A DNA stretch of 54,550 nucleotides from an uncultured virus (IMG/VR IMGVR_UViG_3300031951_000043) (lineage: Duplodnaviria > Heunggongvirae > Uroviricota > Caudoviricetes), in the IMG/VR virus record IMGVR_UViG_3300031951_000043, one strand, 5' to 3'. Below, piece by piece: positions 44,050 to 54,320 of the stretch. Made by a program: the position numbers and the translations under genes. Each line of letters starts with the position of its first letter. The stretch's first letter is position 1. The notes beneath the pieces were generated by a model. That model had not been told where the DNA came from. It ran no database searches and was given only the letters and a program-made list of their open reading frames with translations.

Positions 44050-46174
44050 ACAGATATTTAATGGGTCGCTAGACCAAGTTGCAATAGGTGGTGCTTATGA
44101 CGCAACAAAAATAAACAGAGGTAAGCATACAGGACAATTCAATCTTGGAGCAAACGCGATTGATAAATTCGTAGGTCCAGCACCTGTTGGTGTTGCTAAC
44201 TTCGGTCAATCATCATTAGCTATACCCTCTCAGTTTGTTCATCCAGTCAAAATAACAGACGATTTATTTTGGATTTTTGGTGCGGATGTTGCTAGTGCAG
44301 GAGCTACACGTAGAGTCCAATTATGGACTTTTGTCCCTTCTACCAATACGTACACTTTTATAGGCGCAATTACTTGTACATTTCCTACCGCTACTGCTCA
44401 TACAGTAAGAGGCATTCGTGTTATTCTTGAAAACTACACAACAGGTACAGTAGGTGTAAGCGGTACGGCAGTAACAGGTTCGGGAACCACTTGGAATACA
44501 GACAGACTTTCTGTAGGTTCACGCATAGGGTTTGGTTCTACCAATCCTAATAATATTACACAGTGGTTTCAAATATCTGCTATTGGTTCTGATACAACAA
44601 TCACGTTGACAACTTCAGCAGGAACAGTAGCATCAGGGACACCTTATGTCATTCAGGATTTAATGATTGTGCAAGCTACAACCAACGCAACTGTTACTAA
44701 TGGTGGATTGTTTGTGACAAAAGGGTTACAATATGGCGATTTCCAAAATCCAGCAATAGTCATTCCTGCTGCTACTACCGTTGATAGGATAAAGGCGGTG
44801 TATTGGTTGAAAGATGCGGCCACTATAACGAATGACGTTATTGGTGGATGTGCCTTAGGAGATAGAGATAGTTGGACTCAACAATACATCTATTCTACTG
44901 AAGGTGCATCAACTACATTAGCGATTTACCGATATAACATTAGAGCGGCTCTTACTCCAAGTGCGGGTGCATTTACACTTACTGGGACAGATATTGTTAT
45001 TACGGGAAACCAAGCAGTAACGGGTAACATTTCTCAGTTTAACAATGGTAGAGTGGCTACATTGCAACACGGAGCGGGCAGTGGTGTTCCTTCTTTATAC
45101 CTATTCACTACTACTCGTATTATTCGTGTTCCTATTTCAAACATAACAGCAGGTAACACTTCCTTTGTTGCAGATACTATGAGCGAAGTCGTTCCGGGCG
45201 GTACTGAAACAAATGTTGCTATTGGCACATTTGCTACATTTGATGTTGCTCAATCAATGGATAAACTTGTTATCGCTGGGGGGGCAGGCACAGTATCATT
45301 GTACATCACCGATTATTACACAGGGGGTCAGCAAATGGATAGGAGATCAAATATCATATCAACACAAATGGTTTCATCACTGCGTGACGTTGACAGTCCA
45401 ATTTATGTTCACCAAATTCCAAGCCAAGCGCCTTCTGTTTGGGTTGAAGATGGATGGTTATTTTGGATGTATGGTACGACCACAACAACTAATACAAATG
45501 CTTTAAGTGTATATCCACTTGCAGCAGATTTGGATTTTCAAGCTGAAGTAAACAACAGGATAATACTACCTAAAATAACATTGGGTGCTACACCCGCAAA
45601 ATTATACAGAGTTGCTACCACCAGTATGGGAAATGTAGGCGATGTTACAATGGGCGTATCGCCTGATTTTTACAGAATTCAGGTTCGCACATCAGGTATT
45701 GATAACAATAGTGGAGGATGGACTGATATATCACAAGACGGTGATTTATCAGGACTTGGCACACCTTCAACTATCCAATTTGCTTTGCAGTTTAGAACTG
45801 CGGGTGTAATTATGTTACCTGCAAGGGTTTTAAGTTTGGCTTTATTGTACGAAACTGACGATGCTCTACCTTCTCAATATCGTTGGAATTACGCCGATTT
45901 CAACACTTCTAACGGAACATTTGCGTGGGTTCAAGCAATTCTTTTTGGAACGACGATTGGAACACACACCATCAACATTTATCGTGCCGATACGGATGCC
46001 TTGGTGCTTACACAAGCAAGCACATCAACTACCAATGGTACATTCGAGAATTGGGATGGTAGTGCGTGGGTAGCTGGTTTAGGTGCCGATACTGTAGGAA
46101 GAAGGAGAAGGTTTGTTCCTTCAGGTTCATTACCCGGATCAGTTGATTTATATGCTAAAATAACAATTGCTTAA
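44033..46174 (+). CDS. putative tail/receptor-binding structural protein (713 aa)
   Basis: Thr/Gly/Ala-rich beta protein, GTVGVSGTAVTGSGTTW fibre-type motif, higher GC than neighbours. Confidence 0.65.
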   Translation: MKVAFEQIFNGSLDQVAIGGAYDATKINRGKHTGQFNLGANAIDKFVGPAPVGVANFGQSSLAIPSQFVHPVKITDDLFWIFGADVASAGATRRVQLWTFVPSTNTYTFIGAITCTFPTATAHTVRGIRVILENYTTGTVGVSGTAVTGSGTTWNTDRLSVGSRIGFGSTNPNNITQWFQISAIGSDTTITLTTSAGTVASGTPYVIQDLMIVQATTNATVTNGGLFVTKGLQYGDFQNPAIVIPAATTVDRIKAVYWLKDAATITNDVIGGCALGDRDSWTQQYIYSTEGASTTLAIYRYNIRAALTPSAGAFTLTGTDIVITGNQAVTGNISQFNNGRVATLQHGAGSGVPSLYLFTTTRIIRVPISNITAGNTSFVADTMSEVVPGGTETNVAIGTFATFDVAQSMDKLVIAGGAGTVSLYITDYYTGGQQMDRRSNIISTQMVSSLRDVDSPIYVHQIPSQAPSVWVEDGWLFWMYGTTTTTNTNALSVYPLAADLDFQAEVNNRIILPKITLGATPAKLYRVATTSMGNVGDVTMGVSPDFYRIQVRTSGIDNNSGGWTDISQDGDLSGLGTPSTIQFALQFRTAGVIMLPARVLSLALLYETDDALPSQYRWNYADFNTSNGTFAWVQAILFGTTIGTHTINIYRADTDALVLTQASTSTTNGTFENWDGSAWVAGLGADTVGRRRRFVPSGSLPGSVDLYAKITIA

Positions 46175-46476
46175 TGAGTTTACAATTAACATTCGGTGGA
46201 GCAGAGACTGTTCTGGTACGAGATACCGGAACAGCTAATGCTGTGCAAGGATTTGTTAGTGAAGAAATTGTTGTTTCTAAGAACGTAACTGCACTACCTA
46301 CCAACTTTTTATTCCAATTATATGAATACATTCAGGCTCCACTAGTATCAATAACGGGTACAGTTGCTTGGATAAAAGTAAGTGGAGTTTGGAAGCAAGC
46401 CATAGTATGGTTAAAGGTAGGTGGTGTTTGGAAGATAACAACCCCGTTTATTAAAGTAAGTGGAGTTTGGAAGTGA
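46174..46476 (+). CDS. small fibre-associated protein with three KV(S/G)GVWK repeats
   Basis: WIKVSGVWK / WLKVGGVWK / FIKVSGVWK. Confidence 0.7.
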   Translation: MSLQLTFGGAETVLVRDTGTANAVQGFVSEEIVVSKNVTALPTNFLFQLYEYIQAPLVSITGTVAWIKVSGVWKQAIVWLKVGGVWKITTPFIKVSGVWK

Positions 46477-46569
46477 TTATTGACAATACTAATCATAATT
46501 CTTATTTTTAAGAAAAAGGTAAATGTCATTATGTATGACAGCAAATAAACCACTTAAATTTATAAACTT

Positions 46570-49443
46570 ATGATTAGTCAAGAAGAAATTAAGTCCTTTT
46601 TGGAAGGAAGTGACCCAGAAGAGTTTATTGTATCCGTAGAGTTCGATTACGTATCAAATTCGATTTTTAAAGTCAAAGAATTACCTAATGGAGATAAAAA
46701 AATACTCCAAGATAGATTTACCCCATTTGCGTGGGTTGGTGATTTAAAAGGTTTAAATTTTTATGAGAACTCAAAACAAAAACAAAAAGAAGCAATAAAT
46801 AAACATGGTATTGTTATTGAGAAATTAAGAACTGATAGTAACCAGAGGCTTGAAAATGGTTTAAATTTTATTGTTAAATCATTAAAAGGTTACAGACAGT
46901 TAAAACAATTTTTTAGTGAAGGTGGTTTAGATATTTGGGGTTCAGCTAAAGATAAGGTTCTTATGTTATCTCCAGTAGAACAATACTTAATCTCAAAAGA
47001 AAAAAGACTATTTAAAGGGTTTGATGAATATAATGATATTACTAGACTAGTATTTGACTTAGAAACAACATCACTCGAACCAAAAGACGGTAGAATCTTT
47101 ATGATTGGTATAAAGACCAATAAAGGTTTTCATAAGGTTATTGAGTGTTCTGATGATGACGCGGAGAGAAAAGCTATTTTAGAATTTTTTAAAACAATTG
47201 ACGATATAAAACCAACAATTATTGCTGGATATAACTCAGCAAACTTCGATTGGAACTGGATATTTGAGCGTTGCAAGATTTTAGGAATAGATATTAAGCA
47301 ATATTGTAAGACCTTACATACTAAAGTTAGTATTACAAAAAATGAACAAGTTTTAAAGCTTGGAAATGAAGTTGAGCGTTACAGTCAGGTAACAATGTGG
47401 GGTTATAATGTTATTGATATTATTCACTCTGTTAGACGAGCACAAGCAATTAATTCAGGTATTAAATCTGCGGGTCTTAAATATATAACAAAATATATTC
47501 AAGCAGAAGCAAAAGACCGTGTTTATATCGACCATGACAAAATTGGACCAATGTATAAAAATAATGAAGAATATTGGTTAAATATAACAAATGGTCGGTA
47601 TAGAAAAGCGGACAATCCTGAATTTAGTGATTTGGATAAGAAATTTCCGGATGTTTATATAAAGACAAATGGTGTTGATATTGTTGAGCGGTATCTAGAT
47701 GATGACTTGGAAGAAACCCTTAAGGTTGACGATGAATTTAATCAAGGTTCATTTTTGCTAGCATCATTGGTACCGACCACTTATGAAAGAATTTCTACAA
47801 TGGGTACAGCTTCCTTATGGAAAATGATTATGCTTGCGTGGTCATATAAACATAAATTAGCAATACCTCAAAAAAATAGTAAACAAGATTTTGTTGGTGG
47901 TCTATCGAGACTACTTACGGTAGGCTACTCAAATGATGTGTTAAAACTAGACTATTCTTCGCTTTATCCATCAATTCAGTTGACGCATGATATTTTTCCT
48001 GATTGTGATATTACAGGTGTTATGAAAGGTCTTCTATCTTATTTTAGAGATGCTAGAATTCTATATAAGAATTTAGCTAGCGAACTAGCAGAAACAGACC
48101 CAAAAAAATCAAAATCTTATGATAGAAAACAACTCCCAATTAAGATATTCATCAACTCAATGTTTGGCGCATTAAGTGCTCCGCAAGTGTTCCAATGGGG
48201 TGATATGGACAAAGGAGAACAGATTACTTGTACCGGTAGACAATACTTGCGACAAATGATAAAATTCTTCACAAAAAGAGGATATAAAATTCTAGTATTG
48301 GATACTGACGGTTGCAATTTTAGTTTACCTGAAGGTGTTGAATCAAAAAAATATGTTGGGAAAGGTCTAAACTGGAAAGTTAAAAAGGACAAAGAATATG
48401 TCGGCTATGATGCTGATGTTGCTGAATTTAATGACACTTTTATGTCAGGTCCAATGGCTTTAGATTGTGATGGTACATGGGTTTCTTGTATAAACTTATC
48501 AAGAAAGAACTACGCTACTTTGGATGGTAAGGGAAAAATTAAATTGACCGGAAATACAATTAAAAGTAAAAAACTTCCCCTATATATTGAAGGATTCTTG
48601 GATATCGGAATTAAATTACTCTTAGAAGGTAAGGGACAAGAATTTGTTGAGTATTATTATGAATATTTAGGAAAAATCTATAACAAAGAAATCCCACTTT
48701 CTAAAATTGCGCAACGAGCTAAAGTAAAATTATCGATTGAGGAATATATTGAACGTTCCAAAAAGAAGACAAAATCAGGTGGGGCGATGAGTAGAATGGC
48801 ACACATGGAATTAGCAATAAAGCATGGTTTAAATGTTAATTTAGGTGATGTTATTTATTATGTTAATAATGGGGTTAAAGCATCCGATGGTGATGTTCAA
48901 AAAGTCTCTAAAACCGGAATTAAAGAGAATCCGACAAAGGATGATATGAAAAAATATATATCTAAGAATGGTTGGACTGAAGGTCATGGTACGGATAATT
49001 GGTTACCGCCCGGAAATAATAATGATTGGTCTTCTGTTAGTTTAGAAGAGGTGTATGAAACAGCAATTAAAACGGATGTTAAAATAAATTGTTATTTATT
49101 AGACCCAAAAACATTAGAGCAAAACGAGAATTTAACCGGTGAATACAACGCAGCTAGAGCAATAACAACATTTAACAAACGAATCGAACCTCTATTGATT
49201 GTTTTTGATGATGAAGTTAGAAATAATCTATTGGTTGATAATCCGGAAAAACGTGGATTATTCACTAGAGCACAATGTGAGTTAATTAATGGTAAACCTT
49301 TTGAAGAAGGGGACCAAGATACTATCGAGGAGTTGTTGACAATAAGTGATGGGGAAATTAAATTCTGGAATAAAGTTAATATGGACCCGAATTATATCTA
49401 TAAATTAGCTCAACCGGGGTGGGAAGAAAAAATATCAACTTAA
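46570..49443 (+). CDS. polB: family B DNA polymerase
   Basis: ExoI FDLET, ExoII YNSANFD, motif A DYSSLYPS, motif B KIFINSMFG, motif C DTDG. Confidence 0.95.
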   Translation: MISQEEIKSFLEGSDPEEFIVSVEFDYVSNSIFKVKELPNGDKKILQDRFTPFAWVGDLKGLNFYENSKQKQKEAINKHGIVIEKLRTDSNQRLENGLNFIVKSLKGYRQLKQFFSEGGLDIWGSAKDKVLMLSPVEQYLISKEKRLFKGFDEYNDITRLVFDLETTSLEPKDGRIFMIGIKTNKGFHKVIECSDDDAERKAILEFFKTIDDIKPTIIAGYNSANFDWNWIFERCKILGIDIKQYCKTLHTKVSITKNEQVLKLGNEVERYSQVTMWGYNVIDIIHSVRRAQAINSGIKSAGLKYITKYIQAEAKDRVYIDHDKIGPMYKNNEEYWLNITNGRYRKADNPEFSDLDKKFPDVYIKTNGVDIVERYLDDDLEETLKVDDEFNQGSFLLASLVPTTYERISTMGTASLWKMIMLAWSYKHKLAIPQKNSKQDFVGGLSRLLTVGYSNDVLKLDYSSLYPSIQLTHDIFPDCDITGVMKGLLSYFRDARILYKNLASELAETDPKKSKSYDRKQLPIKIFINSMFGALSAPQVFQWGDMDKGEQITCTGRQYLRQMIKFFTKRGYKILVLDTDGCNFSLPEGVESKKYVGKGLNWKVKKDKEYVGYDADVAEFNDTFMSGPMALDCDGTWVSCINLSRKNYATLDGKGKIKLTGNTIKSKKLPLYIEGFLDIGIKLLLEGKGQEFVEYYYEYLGKIYNKEIPLSKIAQRAKVKLSIEEYIERSKKKTKSGGAMSRMAHMELAIKHGLNVNLGDVIYYVNNGVKASDGDVQKVSKTGIKENPTKDDMKKYISKNGWTEGHGTDNWLPPGNNNDWSSVSLEEVYETAIKTDVKINCYLLDPKTLEQNENLTGEYNAARAITTFNKRIEPLLIVFDDEVRNNLLVDNPEKRGLFTRAQCELINGKPFEEGDQDTIEELLTISDGEIKFWNKVNMDPNYIYKLAQPGWEEKIST

Positions 49444-49770
49444 TTTTAAACCATCGGATGACATAATATACCAGTTATTCATCACTAATCTAAATTCAAC
49501 ACAAGCACCCTTTTCAATATTAATTTCATCATATTCCTCATCTATGGAATTATTATCTGGTATAATTATCACGCTAGTTAGTGCTTTAATTGTTATGTGT
49601 TCAGTTGTTTTTGAATCTAATTTTATTTTACACAAAGGAACATCTTTAACAACAATAAATGATTCACCATGCGTATTATATTGATTTTCAGATATAATAG
49701 CAGTTTCTGATACGGTCATAACCGTATTATGTATAACTTTATTTACAGGTATACTTTTGAATATTGACAT
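49435..49770 (-). CDS. hypothetical beta-rich protein (111 aa)
   Basis: ORF downstream of the neck gene. Confidence 0.7.
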   Translation of the reverse strand: MSIFKSIPVNKVIHNTVMTVSETAIISENQYNTHGESFIVVKDVPLCKIKLDSKTTEHITIKALTSVIIIPDNNSIDEEYDEINIEKGACVEFRLVMNNWYIMSSDGLKLS

Positions 49771-49781
49771 ATTAAAATATA

Positions 49782-50897
49782 TTAAATACTTAAAATAGGT
49801 ACAGGGAATGCGCGGAATTTTAATTCTTTATTCAAATTCTCCGCTACCTGTGCTGCTTTTTCCATCACTTTTTCGGGTCTTAATCTTTCCAATCTTAATT
49901 TAAGCTCTTCCTCTAATTTAGATTTTTCATCTTTAGCTTCAGTTAATAAACTCTGATAATCCATTGTTAATTCACTGTCTGGGGTCTTTAAATTACCACT
50001 AAATTTACCTCTAACTCTACCACCTAAAACTTCTTTACAGTAAGCAACAAACCACCGTCTAACCCATTGTTGTGCTGGATTATTTAAATCACCCCAAGAC
50101 AATTCCTCTAACGGAACATCTGAAGGTAATTTTACAATATCTGGATTAGCTTTTAAACAAGCGTCTCTATCAGCACCTTCGACTTCGTAATACCAATACC
50201 AAACTCTGAATCTATTAACCGTGGAATTACCAAAATCAAATCTACCGCCCGGAGTATTATATAAGTGAACTAATCTTTTACCGTCAGGCGCTGCGGTAAT
50301 CCTATATGTTAAATCACCTTGGAAAAGTCTATTTTTAATGTTAATATCTTGTAGTCTCATTAGGATGTCAAATCCCGGAGTCATGAAGTAATTACCTACA
50401 GCCCCTAATTGAGCATAACCACCGGGACCACCAAGACCGGGACCGCCCATAAATCCAAATGACCAAGGATCAAATAGAACGTTATTCATTTCTGCGGTAG
50501 TAAACCAAAGCAATTCATTTATTTCTCTACCAGCAGGAATTTCATAAATTTGTTGATTTTTAACCAAATCGAAATAGTCTTTCTTTAAAACACTATCACC
50601 ACCAGCTTGTAATCCAACAATTTTAGAATATGCATAAGTATATTGCGTTTCATAATTCATGCTTCTGGTAATCAAAGCCTTAGCAACAGACTGTTGGTCC
50701 ATATTTAAACCAGCAAGAGTGGTCCACTGTGACTCAATCAACCAATCTTGTACATACTGAGAATAATCATTTATTGAGAATTCTAAAAAAGAATCCATCA
50801 TTTCATCTTCTAATTCAACAGCACGAATTGGTGCTCCTAAAAGATGTCTAATTTTAGTATATAAACTACTTCTTTCTGGTTCTTGTATTATTGCCAT
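49782..50897 (-). CDS. neck/head-completion protein (T4 gp13-like)
   Basis: IRHLLGAPIRAVELEDE N-terminus and WVRRW..A..KE.LG..RGKF C-terminus; start placed at ATG 50897. Confidence 0.65.
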   Translation of the reverse strand: MAIIQEPERSSLYTKIRHLLGAPIRAVELEDEMMDSFLEFSINDYSQYVQDWLIESQWTTLAGLNMDQQSVAKALITRSMNYETQYTYAYSKIVGLQAGGDSVLKKDYFDLVKNQQIYEIPAGREINELLWFTTAEMNNVLFDPWSFGFMGGPGLGGPGGYAQLGAVGNYFMTPGFDILMRLQDINIKNRLFQGDLTYRITAAPDGKRLVHLYNTPGGRFDFGNSTVNRFRVWYWYYEVEGADRDACLKANPDIVKLPSDVPLEELSWGDLNNPAQQWVRRWFVAYCKEVLGGRVRGKFSGNLKTPDSELTMDYQSLLTEAKDEKSKLEEELKLRLERLRPEKVMEKAAQVAENLNKELKFRAFPVPILSI

Positions 50898-50938
50898 CTT
50901 AATTGGTATTTCTACCAATAAATATCATAATAAAAGAA

Positions 50939-52468
50939 TTAATCTAAAATAAATAATAAGTCCTTATCTTTAAAGATACAAACGCCCTCATCAATTATTG
51001 TGTTAGCGTTTGAAAATACATATGTTTTTTTGTTTTTTTCAAAAATTAACCAATCGGTTTTGTATTTTTTTATTGAAGATGACGGTACTATTTTAATGGT
51101 ATTATTTTCGGTTACAATTTCTTTAGCTGGTTTTATTTGCGCATTTGCCACCAATCCATTAAGCTTAACTTGCACATCAATTCCTCCGCGCATATCATCA
51201 CTATTACCGTAACCAGAAATTTTTGCAACATTGTTTTCACCAAATCGTTTAATTAAAGCATCCACCACTAAATTTTCAATCGAATCCCCCTTTTTTGTTG
51301 TCTCTGAAAGAGCGGTAATTAATTTTTTAAATGTTTTGGACTCCTTACTAAAAATTCTATACTTAAATAAATCAATATGTTCCATTAAAGTGGAAATCTG
51401 TTTTTTTAATTCTTCCTTATTTTGAGAATTATTAAGGAAATCAATAGAATCTTTACCATTGATTTCTAAGACTTTATTAATGTCTTCAGTCAAAATCTTT
51501 AATCCTAAAATGTTTGTGTTTAATTTATTAAGGACAGACCATCCCTTTTTCTCAACATCATAAACACCGTGTATATCATTTATTATTCTAAAATTTTCAT
51601 TAAAAACTTCAGAGAGAACATTACCAATGAAAACTTTATAACCTTCAAATAATTCCTTATTTTTTTTATAAACTTCTAAGTAACTTCCGAAGTTTTCTCT
51701 ACCATAAGATTCTTCTAATATTTCAGAACTATTATTCATACTCTCTTTAATATTTTCATTTTGTTGATTTTCTAGTCGTTCATTAATATATTCCCAATTA
51801 ACGACTCTCCAGAAATTTTCAATATACTTATCTTTCTGGTTTCTATAAGTAAGATAGTAAGCATGTTCCCATAAATCAAGTCCTAATAGGGGAAAACCGC
51901 CATTATCAACAATACCCATCAACGGGTTGTCTTGATTAGGTGTGTTCATTATTTTTAATGTACCTCTTTTTGTTAAAACCAACCAAACCCATCCGGAACC
52001 AAAACGTTCTTTTGCGGAAGCTTCAAATTTTTTTCTAAATTCTTTTATTCCACCAAAATTTTTTTGAATTATTTTAAGAATTGGACCGCTAGCTTCTTGT
52101 TGTTTTGGAGATAACATCTTCCAAAAAATTGCATGATTATATGCTCCACCGGCATTATTTCTAATATCGGTGTTATATTGACTAATTGTTTTGACAATAT
52201 GTTCTAAATCATCCTCTTTTTTTCCGCTTTTTGTTAAAGCATCATTTAATTTATTAACATAACCAATATAATGTTTGTTATAATGGTAACTCATAGTTTC
52301 CGGGTCAATAAATTTTTTTAGCGAGTCAAACTTATACGGTAACTTTTCAATTGGAATTTTACCTTTTACGTTTTTAACCTTTTTTTCTTCTCGAAGGTAA
52401 CCCTTTTTCATTTCTACTCTGTAGATTTCTTCCTCCAATCTGTCAATTCTATTAATTAAATTTTTCAT
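50939..52468 (-). CDS. sodA: Mn/Fe superoxide dismutase fused to a C-terminal PD-(D/E)xK-like domain
   Basis: YHYNKHY, NAGGAYNH, FGSGWVWL, NQDNP, DLWEHAYY; C-terminal KGDSIE...DMRGGID...AQIK. Confidence 0.85.
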   Translation of the reverse strand: MKNLINRIDRLEEEIYRVEMKKGYLREEKKVKNVKGKIPIEKLPYKFDSLKKFIDPETMSYHYNKHYIGYVNKLNDALTKSGKKEDDLEHIVKTISQYNTDIRNNAGGAYNHAIFWKMLSPKQQEASGPILKIIQKNFGGIKEFRKKFEASAKERFGSGWVWLVLTKRGTLKIMNTPNQDNPLMGIVDNGGFPLLGLDLWEHAYYLTYRNQKDKYIENFWRVVNWEYINERLENQQNENIKESMNNSSEILEESYGRENFGSYLEVYKKNKELFEGYKVFIGNVLSEVFNENFRIINDIHGVYDVEKKGWSVLNKLNTNILGLKILTEDINKVLEINGKDSIDFLNNSQNKEELKKQISTLMEHIDLFKYRIFSKESKTFKKLITALSETTKKGDSIENLVVDALIKRFGENNVAKISGYGNSDDMRGGIDVQVKLNGLVANAQIKPAKEIVTENNTIKIVPSSSIKKYKTDWLIFEKNKKTYVFSNANTIIDEGVCIFKDKDLLFILD

Positions 52469-52524
52469 GACCAAAATAATTGTTACCTTTATTATGTGAA
52501 AGTCAACAATTATAAATAGTTTGA

Positions 52525-54300
52525 TTATCTAGAATTATTAATGAAAGAAAGAATTTCTTCAACTGAATCAACTTCATTCATTCCATCTCCCATAACAGTT
52601 CTCACTATTTGCTTTTTTCTATTTAGAATATCATAAATTTTACCTTCAATTGTATTTTCAAAAATTGGATAGTATACCAAAACTTTATTTTTCTGACCAA
52701 ATCTATACGCCCTATCTTCTGCTTGAGCATGATCTGCTGGGACAAAGGATAAATCGTTCATTACAACAACTTCCGCTGATGTTAACGTTAGTCCCACACC
52801 AGCAGCAATAATCTGTCCAACAAAAATCATTGTTTTTTCATCGTTTTGAAACTTATCAACAGACTCTTGTTTTTGTTTCGAATTCATACTACCATCTAAC
52901 TTAACCGCTTTATCACCAAAATGCTCATAAATTTTATTTAATGGTTCAATAAAGTTGGTAAATATTATTATTTTTTTTCCTTGTTCAAGGATATCTTCAC
53001 AAAAATCAATTGTTGACTGTATTTTTTCCAATGAAATTAATTTTCTAACTTTCATTAATTTTGTAAACTGTACGGTCAAAGACGATGATTCTTCTTTTTT
53101 ATTATCATACCAATCATAATATTCACCCATAAAATTTTCATATTCTTTAGATTTTAATCTAAGATAGATTGGTGTAATAATTTTTTCAGGTAAATCTAAA
53201 ATATCTTCTTTATGTCTACGTAAAATGTATTTTGAAGTCCTTTCTCTTAATTCATCTAAATTACTAGCGCCACTAACATTCCATATTTTTCTTTTTCCGG
53301 CTTTAAATTGGAATCCATTACAGTATCGTTTAACATATGCCATCCAATTATTTGCAACAGGACAATCTATCAATTTTAATAAATTAAAATAATTAATCGG
53401 TCTAGACGTAATTGGGGTACCGGAAAGCAACCAAATTTTTTTTATTTTACCTGAAATAGCTAAAATAATTTTAGTTCGTATTGTTTGTGAATTTGCAATT
53501 TTATGCGCTTCATCAATAATACATAAATCAAAATTTGAAATTATTAATTCGGAATTTTCAGGATTATCCGAATCATAGAAATTCTTTAGAATATCATAAT
53601 TTATTATTGTATACGTGACATCATCTTCAATCCAAATTTTACCATCAATTATTGCCACTTTATCATTAGTATATAATTCAATCTCTCGTTTCCAATTTAT
53701 TTTTAATGATGCTGGACAAATTATTAAAATTTTTTTTGCTTTAGACTCTAATGAAGCAATTATTGCTGATGTCGTTTTTCCAACACCCATCGAATCTGCT
53801 AAAATAAATTTATCATTCTTTAATAACGTCTCAATTGCAATTTTTTGGTGCTCTAACGGTGGACGATGTGCATATTTTTCATAATCAACTTCAACCTTTA
53901 CGTTACTTGTTTTTAAAATCGCTACTTTAGGTAACCAAATATCTGTAAGCTCTTCATTTTCAAAAAATTTACCCCAAATATGATAAGATGTATCTTTTTC
54001 AACCAAAAGTTTTTCAACATATATTTTTTCAGGAATTTGAATATACGCTTTATCATTTGCAAATTTTTTTGCAAAATATATATCCAAATCAACCCATTTT
54101 TTTGCAACTTTTGGAACAATAGTTTCATAAGTAATAATATAATCTGCTTGAGTTCTGGTTGGATAAAATTTTTTATTTTTAAGGTATTTTTCCTTTAATT
54201 TTAAAATAAAATTATTCACCCCACGATATTCATCAAGGATTTTTAACGCTTTTTGTTCTGGTATGTTGTTTATATCAATCAAACAAGTAATAATAATCAA
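52525..54300 (-). CDS. SNF2-family (HARP/SMARCAL1-like) helicase; start uncertain (TTG 54300 or 54282)
   Basis: LADSMGVGKT, DEAH, LSGTP, GVGLTLT, QAEDRAYRFGQ. Confidence 0.92.
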   Translation of the reverse strand: MIIITCLIDINNIPEQKALKILDEYRGVNNFILKLKEKYLKNKKFYPTRTQADYIITYETIVPKVAKKWVDLDIYFAKKFANDKAYIQIPEKIYVEKLLVEKDTSYHIWGKFFENEELTDIWLPKVAILKTSNVKVEVDYEKYAHRPPLEHQKIAIETLLKNDKFILADSMGVGKTTSAIIASLESKAKKILIICPASLKINWKREIELYTNDKVAIIDGKIWIEDDVTYTIINYDILKNFYDSDNPENSELIISNFDLCIIDEAHKIANSQTIRTKIILAISGKIKKIWLLSGTPITSRPINYFNLLKLIDCPVANNWMAYVKRYCNGFQFKAGKRKIWNVSGASNLDELRERTSKYILRRHKEDILDLPEKIITPIYLRLKSKEYENFMGEYYDWYDNKKEESSSLTVQFTKLMKVRKLISLEKIQSTIDFCEDILEQGKKIIIFTNFIEPLNKIYEHFGDKAVKLDGSMNSKQKQESVDKFQNDEKTMIFVGQIIAAGVGLTLTSAEVVVMNDLSFVPADHAQAEDRAYRFGQKNKVLVYYPIFENTIEGKIYDILNRKKQIVRTVMGDGMNEVDSVEEILSFINNSR

Positions 54301-54320
54301 TTAAAAATAATTAATCAATA

